A stretch of 64,000 nt of DNA from Octopus sinensis. Lineage: Eukaryota. The notes beneath the pieces are model-generated. The model was not told where the DNA came from. It saw only the letters and a list, made by a program, of their open reading frames with translations, and made no database searches. Location of the stretch: assembly GCF_006345805.1 (NCBI RefSeq), contig NC_043019.1, positions 11,965,360-12,029,359 of the forward strand, in the 5' to 3' direction. Numbering within the stretch: position 1 is the stretch's first letter; every line of letters begins with the position of its first letter. Positions 12,258 through 24,640 of the stretch are shown here, one piece after another. The translations under genes and the position numbers were made by a program.

Positions 12258-12683
12258 TATTTACCCACACACACAGAGTTACTGGTTTCAGCCAGTCAGC
12301 TCGGGGTGACATTCTGAAAAATTGTGTCGATCCCTGCAATATGTATATACACAATGCACAAACTACATTTCTAAACAAATATTATACCTATTTCCCACTT
12401 GATTTTTTTTTTTCTTTTTTTTTTTTAAGGTAAATGTTGTAAAAATAGAAATAAAGAAAAGGCTATTGTAAATTTCCATATTAGGATATAATATTATCTG
12501 AAAAATAAAAAAAATGAATAAAAAGAAATCAACAATATATAAAGCAGACCATAAATGTCATGTGTCCTTATCATGGAGAAAACAATATGAAAAACAAGAA
12601 ATATTCAAGCATTAGGGCTGTGCAGGCCACCCACCAGCACCAGCACCACCACCAGTAGCACAGCCATCAGACACCTTTGAACA

Positions 12684-12684
<1 letters not shown>

Positions 12685-12741
<57 letters not shown>

Positions 12742-12899
12742 TATATATATGCACATCTTCAAAGTAGGCCCCACCCTTGTCTATCAAGACAAACGGGGAA
12801 AGAAAAAATAAGAAAAAAAAAATATATATATATATATATACACATATATACATATATATATATACATATATATATACATATACATATATATATATATAC

Positions 12900-12945
<46 letters not shown>

Positions 12946-13129
12946 ATACATATACATATATATATATATATACACATACATATATATATATATATATACA
13001 TATATATATACACACATATATATACATATATATATACATATACATATATATTATATATATATATATATATATACATATATATATACATATACATATATAT
13101 ATATATATATATTTACATATATATATATA

Positions 13130-13176
<47 letters not shown>

Positions 13177-13178
13177 TA
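12685..13178. repeat. Compound (TA)n/(CA)n/(TACA)n microsatellite; similar tracts at ~48010-48415 and ~56475-56920
   Basis: Direct reading of the sequence. Confidence 0.95.
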
Positions 13179-15544
13179 GGTGCAGGCTGGGATGTGTGGT
13201 AAGAAGTTTGCTTCCCAGCTACATGATTCTGTGTTCAGTCCCATTGCATGGCATGCCGGGTAAGTATCTTCTACTACAGCCTTGGGTTGACCAAAGCCTT
13301 GTGAGTGGATTTGGTAGATAGAAACTGAAAGTATACATTTAAGTATGTCAAATAGATAAAGATCTAAACTGAAGCTGTTTCTATTGCATAATTTGAATTT
13401 TATTCAGCCTAGCAGCCTTTTTGCAATACTGATAAATTGCTTATTCACTATATCTATATACTTCAAACTGTTTGAGGTGGCACAGTGTCACGTTGCACAA
13501 GACTCACAATACACTACCATCTTCCATATGTTGGTACCAAAACCTTGGCTGATATGGTGATTTGTGCATTCTTCCCAATCACCATTACAGGGTGTTTCAC
13601 TTATACCAGATGGACTTCTTTCTTGTTTAATTCTTTAGCATTTAAACCAGCCATACTCTCTTTACTCCTTTACTTGTTTCAGTAATTTGACTGTGGCCAT
13701 GCTGGAGCACCGCCTTTAGTCAAGCAAATCGACACCAGGACTTATTCTTTGCAAGTCTAGTACTTATTCTATCGGTGTTTTTTGCTGAACCGCTAAGTTA
13801 TGGGGACGTAAACACACCAGCATTGGTTGTCAAGCGATGTTGGGGGCACAAACACAGACACACAAACATACATATATATACACATATATACGATGGGCTT
13901 CTTTCAGTTTCCGTCTACCAAATCCACTCACAAGGCTTTGGTCGGCCCGAGGCTATAGTAGAAGACACTTGCCCAAGGTGCCACGCAGTGGGACTGAACC
14001 CGGAACCATGTGGTTGGTAAGCAAGCTACTTACCACACAGCCACTCCTATCTAGCAAAAATATTCTACCTGTTCTATGGTCAACCTAGCCAGATTCAGTC
14101 TCTCACAAATACTCTACAATGTCTTCCTGAAAATATACAATCATATTGTTGAAATCTCAAAGCTGCAAAATAATACATGATTAACTCAAAACTGTGAATA
14201 AATAAGAATAATATTTGACAGATTAATCTGAATTCTAAACAGTTAAAGAGGGCATCAGGTGCTTATTTGATTTTCTTGCTATCTCTGCAAAACTTTACTT
14301 GCCTATACCACTTCTTTTGTTGTAAATATTTTTGTAATTATTGTTGCTGTCTCCGGCATTGTTGTTGTTGTTACTGCAAGTCTCATTGTTGCGTGTGTCG
14401 TTGAGAAAACATTATCACAACCATTATTTGTTCAGTCATGAAACTGGTAGCACTAAAACGTTTTTCCTACCACTGACGTATCAAAAGTGTTGGTGGGTGT
14501 TAACAATGTCATAATTTCAACAAGAAAAAATAACTAACAAAAAGTAATATTTATTATAGAAACTATTTTTTACGACACATTTTGGCAGTTTCCGTCTCCA
14601 CCCAGTGGAGTTGCTTGTTCCTTCTCGAACCACGCCTGGATCATAAAAGCCGGTTTCCTTGGCGTATAGGTTCCCCACCTGGACAGGACGCCAGTTCGTC
14701 GCAGGCGAGCAGCGAGATGTAGGAGGAAAGAGTGAGAGAAAGTTGTGGCGAAAGAGTCAGCAGAAGTTCGCAATTACCTCCTGCCGGAGCCGCGTGGAGC
14801 TTAGGTGTTTTGCTCATAAACACACACATCGCCCGGTCTGAGATTCGAACCCGCGATCCCTCGACCGCGAGTCCACTGCTCTAACCACTTGGCCATGTGC
14901 CTCCATGTACCCAGTGGAGTAGAAGTTCTTATTTCACAAATCAATGATAAACTTTTGGTAGTACACAAATTCACAAATTATTCTAAGAAAATTGAACAAA
15001 CCTTTGGGAACAAACCTAATGTCCACACAAGCAATAATAATCCTTTCCATTATAAGCACAAGGCCTAAAATTTTGGGGAAAAGGGGCTAGTCAATTACAT
15101 CAACCCCAATACTTGACTGGTATTATTTTATCAACTCCGAAAATATGAAAGACTATGTCAAGCTCAGTGGAATTTGAACTCAGAACATGAAGACAGACAA
15201 AATGTCACTTAAACATTTTGCCTGGCATGCTAACAAGTCTGCCACCTCAATAATAATAATAATGATGATGATGATGATGATGATGGTTTCACATTTTGGA
15301 ACAAGGTCAGCAGTTTTTGAAAGGAAAAGGAAGTCATTACATTGACCTCAGTACATGACTGGTACTTATTTTATTGACCCTGAAAAGATGAAAGGGGAAG
15401 TCGATGACCATGGCAGAATTTGAGCTCAGAATGTAAAGATGGACAAAATACTGCTTAGCATTTTGTCTGGCATGTTAATGGTTCTACCAGCTCACCATGA
15501 TGCAATAATGCATACAACCAAAGTGCAATATAGGTCTGGACAGA

Positions 15545-16210
15545 AAGATGCACTCTCTTGTTTCCAAAGAAAGGACGCCGTTTTCTGACCACCAACTACA
15601 GAGGTATCGCTCTTGTGGCTAAAATTTACAGTGCAATGATGCATAATCAAATCCAACCTGAAATGGGGAAAGTTCTTTGTCCAAACCAAAATGGATTCAT
15701 AAAGAACCTGATCAACACTTGGATATTATCTGTGCAAAGAATCAAACGATTGAAAGGAAGGAACTTAGAAGCCTTTTGTTGCTCTTTGTGAACTTCTGGA
15801 AGGTCTTTGATTTAGGACTTCAGGGGACATCTCATCCAGACCAGCTACTTTCCTGTTCTTGAACATCACATTGCTGACAAAATTTGAAACATCATTATTA
15901 TTATTATTATTATTATTATAACTTTTGCACAGCTCCTAACGCTGGATATGTACTATAGTGTCAGCTGTTCACTATCAGTGAACTAAGGTAACACCTCTTA
16001 TTTTCCAAGCACCTTCCGGAGTATTCAAGTGGTTCCAAATAAAGATGGTCGAAATATTGGGGATTTGCTGAATACTGCAGGAAACAATGGAAGCAGTCAT
16101 AATGCCGTATAAGCATGCAGAACAGGGTGCTGTAATCTCCTGATGGTGATACAGACTTTCTGATATTCGGGTGGAAGTATCACAAAGTGGTACACTTGCA
16201 CCCTTCTTAT
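15545..16210 (+). mobile_element. RTE-like LINE reverse transcriptase fragment, interrupted
   Basis: PKKG...NYRGIAL.AKIY...PNQNGF, then after an insertion SPDGDTDF...Q..TLAPFL. Frameshifted. Confidence 0.7.
15891..16045 (-). mobile_element. R4/Dong-like LINE 3' end with (TAA)n tail, nested in the RT fragment
   Basis: Minus strand LFGTT*ILRKVLGK* resembles the LLGTARILRKVL terminus, followed by a short UTR and (TAA)n. Confidence 0.55.
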
Positions 16211-17203
16211 TTTTTCTACTCTAGGCACAAGGCCCAAAATTTTGAGGGAGGGGGCCAGTCGATTACAATGACCCCAGTAAGCAACTGGTACTTAATTTTA
16301 TTGACCTCCGAAAGGATGAAAGACAATGTCGACCTCAGCAGAATTTCAACTCAATATTTATTGTGCTAAACATAGAGGGGACAGATAAAGGGATTAAATC
16401 GAATACATTGACTAAAATGTGTAATTGGTACTTATTTAATCGACCCCGAAAGGATGAAAGGCAAAGTCGACCTCGGCGGAATTTGAACTCAGAACATAAG
16501 AGCAGATAAAATACCGCTAAGGCGTAGGAGTGGCTGTGTGGTAAGTAGCTTGCTTACCAACCACATAGTTCTGGGTTCAGTCCCACTGCATGACATCTTG
16601 CGCAAGTGTCGTCTACTATAGCCTCGGGCTAACCAAAGCTTTGTGAGTGGATTTGGTAGACGGAAACTGAAAGAAGCCCATCGTATATATGTTTTTGTGT
16701 CTGTGTTTGTTCCCCCCCAACATTGCTTGACAACCGATGCTGGTGTGTTTACGTCGCCGTAACGTAGCGGTTCAGCAAAGGAGACCGATAGAAGTACTAG
16801 GCTTATAAACAATAAATCCGGGGATCGATTTGCTCGACTAAAGGCGGTGTGCTCCAGCATGGCCACAGTCAAATGACTGAAACAAGTAAAAGAGTAAAGC
16901 CCCAGGATGGTTAAGAGTCCTGTCGTCGAAACTTATCCAGGAGTCAATGAATGGGTGAAAGAGAGCCAGTGTAAGGGAGATAACTACACTTGGTGAAGCG
17001 CGGAATTAATCTCTAATGGGGACAGGTTGACAATTAAGGTTGAGTCGATCTAATGTGTAAATGGTGCTGGATATGGAAGGATGTGTATGAAGTTTCGCTG
17101 TTGCTGTTATTTAGCCTCAGATCAACACTAACTCTGAACGAGCAGACCTTTTATTAGAGGCATGATCACCATGTTTTTTAAGGGTACATAGTAATGACAT
17201 TAA

Positions 17204-17430
17204 TTAACCCTTTAGTGTTCAGATTATTGAATCAAACATAATGCCTATTGATTCCCATTGATTTGAATTAATCATGCATTATCTCATATCTTCAAGATCT
17301 TGATGGTGTAATTACCTAATGTAGAATAACATTGTAGGGTAGGTGTGAGAGCCTGGATCTGGTCAGTTTGAACATAAAACAGATTAACTATTTTGGCCGG
17401 ATATGGCCGGTTTAAATACTAAAGGGTTAA
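17204..17430. mobile_element. piggyBac-type MITE family 1 (~225 bp)
   Basis: TTAA-CCCTTTAG...CTAAAGGG-TTAA. Other copies at 5781-6006, 21430-21657, ~20945-21165 and ~33448-33667, plus SINE-interrupted copies at ~2491-3071 and ~13627-14246. Confidence 0.85.
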
Positions 17431-17865
17431 CCCTTCTTATTACCAACCTGTCCAAGACTGCTTTTCTTGGTTCTGTAATATAAACTTCCTGATTTAAAGA
17501 GATCTAATTTAAATCTTATTCCATCAAAATATGATGTTCATTTATTTTCCAAATACCAGCTTATAATAATAAAATTATTTTACTATATTCTTTATTATTT
17601 TCAAAATTTATTTTAAGTCAGTATAAGAGGGGCTGCTGAAAAGTTCCTGGTTTTGGGTAAAAGAAAATACAGGAGGATCAGTTAATTATAATTTTATTCA
17701 ACATATTTCCCTCTCAGATTCACACACTTATTGCAATGGTCCTTCAGTTTTTCTAAACCCTGTAAAAGAACTCGGAATGTTGGGCCTCCAACTAAGCCTT
17801 TCAAAATATCCTTGAAACTAAGAACTTATCGGCACCCCTTTTACGTATATATATATATATATATT

Positions 17866-18320
17866 TCGTTTTGGGATTTGGCTTGCAAGATTCTTTATGT
17901 GAGTTCGTGTGTTGAAGCATATTCTGTTGTGTCTGGAGAGAGTCATTTTCTTTTTAGTGCCTTATAATTTAACACACCGGTAAGTGTGTTAAATTATAAG
18001 GCTCAAAAAGAAAATTACTCTCCCCAGACACAACAGTATATATATATATAATTTTTGTATTTGGTTTTCAAGATTCTTTATGTGAATTCGTGTGTTGAAG
18101 GATATTTTGTTGTGTCTGGAGAGAGTCATTCGCTTTCAGTGCCTTATTATTTAACACAGTCACCGGTTCGATTTCCACTCATTTGCATATTTATTTTTTT
18201 CTAAAATTATCTTGCAACCTTTTCAATAGCCATTGGCTCTCAACTACTGAAAAGGTTGCACAATGCAATGAAAATTTTAGAAAAATAAATAAGTAAATGA
18301 GTGGAAATCAAACCAGTGAA
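17866..18320. mobile_element. (TA)n-associated element with direct and inverted segments; related copy at ~3218-3376
   Basis: Duplicated unit (caagattcttt..atgtga..ttgtgtctggagagagtcatt) and an inverted repeat ~18165-18320 containing (C/T)TGAAAAG-GTTGCA..TGCAAT-GAAA. Confidence 0.5.
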
Positions 18321-19935
18321 TCATCATCATCATGAGTTAGACGGTCTGACTGAGGGCTGGCAAACCAGAAGGCTGCACCAGGCTCCAATCTGATCTGGAA
18401 ATGTTTCCACAGCTGGATGCCCTTCCTAACACCAACCACTCTGAGAGTTTAGTGGGTGCTTTTTGCATGCCACAAGCACAGGGGACAGCCAGGCGATACT
18501 GGCATTGACCACATTCAGTGCTTTTTATGTGTCACTGGAGCAGGTGCCAGTCAGGTGGCACTGGCAATGACCATGCTCGAATGGTGCGTTTTATGTGCCA
18601 CCAGCATGAGTCAGGCAGTACTAGATTTGACCACATTCATATGGTGTATTTTACATGCCACTGGCATGGAAGCCACTCAGGTGGGACTGACATCGACTAT
18701 GCTCGAATGGTGCTTTTTACGTGCCAGTCAGGCAGTACTGGCGTCGGCTACGACAACAATTTCACTTGACTCAATAGGTCTTCTCAAGCACAGTTTATTG
18801 CCCAATGACTGAAGGGTACTCTTAAATGGACTGGTTATGCTACACTGGCATAGGCCACGGTTATGGTTTCACTTGGCTTGCCCGGTCTTCTCAATCACAG
18901 CATATCTCAAAAGGTCTTGGTCACTTGTCATTGCTTCTGTGAGGCCCAACGTTTGAAGAACACACTTCACCACCTCATCCCAGGTATTCCTGAGTCTACC
19001 TCTTCCACAGGTTCTCTCCACTGTTAGGGTGTGACACTTTTTCACACAGGTGTCCTCATCCATATGCAACACATGGCCATACCAGCCCAGTCATCTCTCT
19101 TGCACACCACATCTGATGCTTCTTATGTTCAACTTTTCTCTCAGTGTGCTTACATACTATCCTCAGCTGTCACAGCCCATGTTTCACTCTGAGCGAGAGG
19201 CCCTTTGTTACTAGCAGAGGTAGGAGCTTGCTGAAATTTGCCCAGGCTATTCTTATTCTAGCAGCTATGCTCTCAGAGCATCCACCCCCACTATTGACTT
19301 GGTCACCTAGGTAACAGAAGCTATCAACTACTTCTAATTTTTCCTTTTGGCATGTGACAGAAGCTGTTCTCTGCACATTTTCAGTGTTCCTTGCCTCTGT
19401 GCATTTGCCACACACAAAAACTATCTTACTAGTTAGCCTTTCTTTCACATTACTGCACCTCTTATGAGTCCATAGCTTACACCAGGTACATCTTTTGGAG
19501 TTTCTACCTATGCATTTTCTACAAATCGAGCAGGGCCATCTACCTGAAGGGATTTGTGATTTTTCTGCCTTTGTACTTACTAAGATTTTGGTTTTTGTTA
19601 GATTGACTCTAAGGCCCTTCGATTCTAGACCTTGATTCCACACATGAAAATTCTGGTGACTCAGCTATTAGAGCAAGGTCATCAGCATAGAGGAACTCCC
19701 AGGGGCATCCTGTCTTGGATTCCTCTGTTATTGCCAGGACTATAATGAATAAGAGGGGGCTGAAGACTGATCCTTGGTAGGCCCCTACCTGGAATTCTCT
19801 GTACTCGTTGCCAATCCTCACCTTATTGACAGCATCCCTGTACATCTATCCCTAGTTTCTGCATTGACCACCAGATAAGGGATCGGGGGACCCTGTCAAA
19901 GGCTTTCTCCAAGTCAACAAAAGCCAAGTAGAGAG
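18320..19935 (-). mobile_element. 5'-truncated RTE-clade LINE (RT, PHD insert, C-terminus, repeat-containing 3' UTR, (GAT)n tail)
   Basis: FVDLEKAFDRVP, QGSVFSPLLF, FLYADDL, VDSFCYLG and RGR...TWDEVV motifs with frameshifts. Contiguous with the 'gttgg(c/t)gttaggaagggcatccagc' 3' UTR. Confidence 0.9.
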
Positions 19936-22349
19936 CATTTTAGAATGCCCAGAAAAATCACTATATACCTGTAAAGGTATGTTCAAATGGTTCATTTTCT
20001 GTCAGATATAAATAGTGGGGCAATTTTTTTCAGATCTACACTAATTGGAAGATGTAAAAAAAAACTGTCTTGAAAAATGTCACATCCATTTTTGTCACGC
20101 ACATCACGCCTGCTAAATGAGAATTGTGATCAGACATTGTAGCCCAGCAAATTCATTATCATTTTTTATAAAATTTCAAAGTCGATATAAACAAAAACCA
20201 CAAGACTTCTAATGCTGCTCTTCTGGAGAAATTCAGAGCAGTCAATATTTTTAGGTGAAAAACAGTTATTTTGTGCAATGTCACGTATGCTACGCTTTTT
20301 TTGGATCATCTTCAAAAAATTCAACATACATTCTATGTACAAAATTCTTTTGCTTAATACTTGCCTGAATAGTCAAACTTTCCTGTGAAAAAATGAACTG
20401 ATTGATCTTGTAAATGTTCAAGGTTTGCAGCTTAGGTATTTCGTAATTTGTGTATCACACACGGATGGCTCAAAGGCTGTCATAAAGTTGAGATAAGTAA
20501 CAACCATCCAGGAGTACTGATATACAATTCAGGTGATGTCTTCAAGAAATTTGATGAAGAGGCAACTGTAGCTGATATTAAGAGTTTTCAGATGACAGAG
20601 TCAAGGTTGAGAGAAATTTTGCTACTTTTAAATATATCCTGAGCCAGCAAACCAATGATCACATGGATATAATTTTTTTGTAGCCAGAGCATCTAGGACT
20701 TCACTGGCCCATTTCCCTTCCTAATTTCCAAATCCTTTTTTAAAGGTTGGGTGTGACCTGGGGTACATTCAGTTATCACTTTCAGCATACTGAATAACCA
20801 CTTGGGGAACCTTCTCTAGTTTAACTTTGAAAATAACCTAGTAAAATAATGTTGTCCTCGTTAATCTAATATTTGGAGTTCATTAATTCTTTAGCTGGCC
20901 CAGGCAATCAGCCTGACTGGATGATGCTTCGATAGGAAAAACAATCCTTTAGCATTCAAGATTACTTTGTCAAATGTAATACTTATTTATTCACACTGTT
21001 TTGTATTGATCGTGCACTGTCTTGTAGCTTCAAGATGGCAATGATGTAATTGTTTATTTTCTGAATGACAATAAAGGGAAGGTGTGAGAGGCCTCGTCTG
21101 GCCAGTTTGAACATAAAACAGGTAGAATATTTGGGCTGGATTTGACCAATTTAATGCTAAAGGATAAAACTGACCAAAGTCTTGTGAGTGGAATTTGATG
21201 AACAAAAATGGTGGGGGAAGTCTATCTGAGGGTCTGTTCCTGTTATTGGGGAAGGGGTAACAGACATAACCCATCAACAAGTCTAACACAAGCATCAGGT
21301 CTGTAGGTTATCTTTAATGGGTCCATTCTGTTGCTAACATTTAAGATAGGTCATAAGCATCACTCTTCTGAATGAAACCATCCTCATCATCATTTAATAT
21401 CTGTTCCCTGCTGGCATGGGTTGGATGGTTTAACCCTTTAGTGTTCAGATTATTCTGTCAAATGTGATGTTTGTTTATTTAAAATGGTTTGAACTAATCC
21501 TGCATTATCTTGTAGTTTAGAGATTTCGGTGATGTGATTTTTTAGTTTTAGAATGACATGGTTGGGCTGAGATGAAAGGTGAGATATGGTCAGTTTCAAT
21601 ATATAACAGGTTAAATATTTTGGCCAGATATGGCCGGTTTGAATGCTAAAGGGTTAACAAAGATCCCAAAACTGCATCATGTTCATGTGTCTGCTTTGGC
21701 ATGGTTTCTATGGCTGGGTGCCCTTCCTAATGCCAACCACTTTACAGTGTATACTGGATGCTTTTTTCATGTTACCTGCACTAATAAGATCACCGTGCAG
21801 CTTGCAAGACAATAATTATTACATTTTATACCATTTAATCTTAAGTTTCTCCATGAAGTGAAACTGTTATTATCATACAGGAGTGGCTGTGTGGTAAGTA
21901 GCTTGTTTACCAACCACATGATTTCGGGTTCAGTCCCACTGCGTGGCATCTTGGGCAAGTGTCTTCTGCTATAGCCCCGGGCCAACCAATGCCTTGTGAG
22001 TGGATTTGGTAGACGGAAACTGAAAGAAGCCTGTCGTATATATGTATATATATGTTTGTGTGTCTGTGTTTGTCTCCCTAGCATTGCTTGACAACCGATG
22101 CTGGTGTGTTTACGTCCCCGTCACATAGCGGTTCGGCAAAAGAGACCGATAGAATAAGTACTGGGCTTACAAAGAATTAGTCCCGGGGTCGATTTGCTTG
22201 ACTAAAGGCGGTGCTCCAGCATGGCCGCAGTCAAATGACTGAAACAAGTAAAAGAGTAAAAGAGAGAGTATGCTATTGAAGTAGACAAGTAGAGGTGCAT
22301 GGCTTAATGGTTAGGGTGTTGGACAACTTGATTGCAGATCCTGGCCTGG

Positions 22350-22452
22350 AATGTATCCAGGAACTCGAGGCAGCGATGATGGACCAAGAGGTGTTGTGGG
22401 TGGATACCATTGCTGTGGCCCCAGTTGGAACTCGACCATAATAATAATAATA
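22350..22452 (+). mobile_element. RTE-like LINE extreme 3' end
   Basis: ELEAAMMDQEVLW...RP* directly followed by a (TAA)n tail. Confidence 0.45.
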
Positions 22453-22760
22453 CATAACTGTCATGATCCCTGCCAAATATGATCAATGACGACGAAATAC
22501 CAGTGCCACAAACCTGAGACAAGTCTGCACATCATTGTGGTTCATAGATTTATTTTTTGCATCTTTGGAGGTATGTGGGAGCCGTTTTCCACATGATTTC
22601 ATAATCAATGCTGTGGGGTTTTTTTTTTCACTGTTTAGAAAGTGAATAAAACAAAACATTAATAATGCAAAATCTTATTGCTACTATTACAACTGTTTAG
22701 TTTTAGAAAATTGATAGACTTTTATCCAGTGATAGCAGCTAAATTAAATTAAAATATATA

Positions 22761-22933
22761 GGCGCAGGAGTGGCTGTGTGGTAAGTAGCTTGCTTACCAA
22801 CCACATGGTTCTGGGTTCAGTCCCACTGCGTGGCATCTTGGGCAAGTGTCTTCTGCTATAGCCCTGGGCCGACCAATGCCTTGTGAGTGGATTTGGTAGA
22901 CGGAAACTGAAAGAAGCCTGTCGTATACATGTA

Positions 22934-22971
<38 letters not shown>

Positions 22972-23189
22972 ATATGTTTGTGTCTGTGTTTGTCCCCCTA
23001 GCATTGCTTGACAACCGATGCTGGTGTGTTTACGTCCCCGTAACTTAGCGGTTCGGCAAAAAGTAACCGATAGAATAAGTACTGGGCTTACAAAAGAATA
23101 AGTCCCGAGGTCGATTTCCTCGACTAAAAAAGGCGGTGCTCCAGCATGGCCGCAGTCAAATGACTGAAACAAGTAAAAGAGTAAAGAGT
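22761..23189 (+). mobile_element. tRNA-derived SINE family A (CORE-like), representative copy; more than 20 copies in the window
   Basis: Box A/B-like head (tggctgtgtggt...ggttcagtccc), CORE-like ...cttgggcaagt, internal (TA/TG)n and (AAAAGAGT)n tail. Copies at ~2670-3020, 9640-10008, 13660-14048, 16521-16898, 21878-22267, 25333-25745, 26052-26449, 34400-34655, 39253-39660, 45076-45439, 45466-45915, 45940-46292, 49775-50156, 56922-57325, 58610-58800, 61320-61724 and 63293-63620. Confidence 0.9.
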
Positions 23190-23784
23190 ATATATTTAAA
23201 AAAAACTCTTTTTTAAAAGAAGGATTCGAATTTTTAGGATATTAATTAAATAAAATTAAGCTGCATTGTTCATAACTTCAATGAAAACACACATACACAC
23301 ACAAAAGAAAAACATTAGTAACAAAGGGAAACACGGTATTTGATTCCACGGCGCCAAATAAGGTTCCAATGAATAAAATGAGAGAGAGTTGTTTTGCTGG
23401 AAAATACTTTGTGCTGTCTTTAATGGAAATCTTCTTACAAAGCAGGATCTACCTAAAGAAAAATCACACACACACAAAAGAAGATATTAATTAACAAAAC
23501 TTCAAACACACAGAAATGTGCGACGTGTATGTATAATAATAACTGGGACTTGAGTGTTTGTTGGGCTGGAGCTCAATTGATGTCTTTAATAGATATAACA
23601 TAAAAGAAGAAAAAAAACCAACAATATTTCGGTCATCTTTCCTTGTTTTATATATGTTTAGGAAGGTTAAAAAAAAAAAGAAAAGGGCATTCAAGGAACA
23701 AGTGTCACAAAGTATAAAGTAATAATGACAGGCACAGAAATAGTAAAAAAACAAAGAAAATCTGTTCCTTTGAAAAGGGCCAAT

Positions 23785-24534
23785 TCAAGCCCTACCTACT
23801 TTACCAAGCCTAGTGTCAGTTTTGGGGTTCGCCGTCAAAGCTTGTACCCCTACAATAATGCTATTTATGTTAGTTTGCAACTCACGGAGTTCCTTGATGT
23901 GCAGCAGACGCAATACCTTAGCAGCATCGTTCAATATGTAATCGCCAGCATCGAAACCTAACACTGTCTTATCAATTGGGATATGGTCCTTAGGGTTGCC
24001 CGAAAAGTTGCTTTTGGCAAGGGCTTCCTTGGAGAATTTCTCCTGCACCAGAATACAGATGGCTTTTAGCTGTTCCAGGTGATCGGGATGGGGTGGAATC
24101 TGCAGTATCATGGATAGAGATGCGATGCCGGCTTTGAAATGGGGGTCGTTAAAGTCCAGATTGTCGAGAGGATTCGAAGACTGGGTCTTTCCGTCGGCCT
24201 TCAGTCGTTTCACCGAATCGGCAGTGGCCACTTTGTACTTCTCCAGGTTGTCGCCGTATTCCAGACGAACGGCGTAACCCAGCAGCCAGTCCATCACCGC
24301 GGGGGTCTCGTCGGCGTTGTAAGGGCAACCCAATTCCGAGAGGTAGTTCTTGAAGGCTTCTTGCCATGTGTCGCTCGCCGTGTCGCGGATTGCGTCGCGA
24401 TCGGAGATCTTGTAATGACGAATCTTTTGGTCTTCTAGCCAATGGACAATGGCTCGAATGCACTTATCGTCCTTGATGTTAAATGCCTCCGGGTTATGAT
24501 ATTCCAAAGCCAACAGTTTCCGCCTGAAAGACAT
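23785..24534 (-). CDS. RTRAF: RNA transcription, translation and transport factor (C14orf166/CGI-99/hCLE), subunit of the RTCB tRNA-ligase complex; CDS is intronless
   Basis: 249-aa ATG-to-stop ORF. It starts MSFRRKLLALEY, contains WLEDQKIRHYKI..R and DWLLGYAVRLEYGD, and ends LRELQT.IN..IV.VQALTANPKTDTRLGKVGR, all typical of the family. Confidence 0.96.
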   Translation of the reverse strand: MSFRRKLLALEYHNPEAFNIKDDKCIRAIVHWLEDQKIRHYKISDRDAIRDTASDTWQEAFKNYLSELGCPYNADETPAVMDWLLGYAVRLEYGDNLEKYKVATADSVKRLKADGKTQSSNPLDNLDFNDPHFKAGIASLSMILQIPPHPDHLEQLKAICILVQEKFSKEALAKSNFSGNPKDHIPIDKTVLGFDAGDYILNDAAKVLRLLHIKELRELQTNINSIIVGVQALTANPKTDTRLGKVGRA

Positions 24535-24640
24535 TGTCGATGAATAAACAAACTAAAAATTTCGCCGACGACAAATAAATGACAATATGGCGGACTACGG
24601 AACTGCTGCTACCATCTGGCGATCGATCGATGTTGCTGTT
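24535..24640 (-). promoter_or_regulatory. Putative RTRAF 5' UTR and core promoter
   Basis: CpG-rich unique sequence directly upstream of the ATG. YY1-like CCGCCATATT on the sense strand (~24584-24593) and CTCF-like TCGCCAGATGGTAG (~24609-24622). TSS unknown. Confidence 0.45.

Noticed and set aside
12605-13179. Long Y/I/H/T-rich ORFs (also ~47859-48471 and ~56397-57013)
   Set aside because: Translations of (TA)/(CA) microsatellites.
14840-14907. tRNA-like sequences (also ~41780-41850 and ~49590-49666)
   Set aside because: SINE heads continuous with SINE bodies, without a proper cloverleaf or terminator.
24139-24463. Alternative and antisense ORFs overlapping RTRAF, and likewise UNC50
   Set aside because: By-products of GC-rich coding sequence with no independent support.
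11160-24534. Functional link between the hammerhead elements and nearby RTRAF (the RTCB complex ligates 2',3'-cyclic phosphate and 5'-OH ends)
   Set aside because: Biochemically suggestive, but they are 12 kb apart in a eukaryote and such elements appear dispersed. Proximity is most likely chance.
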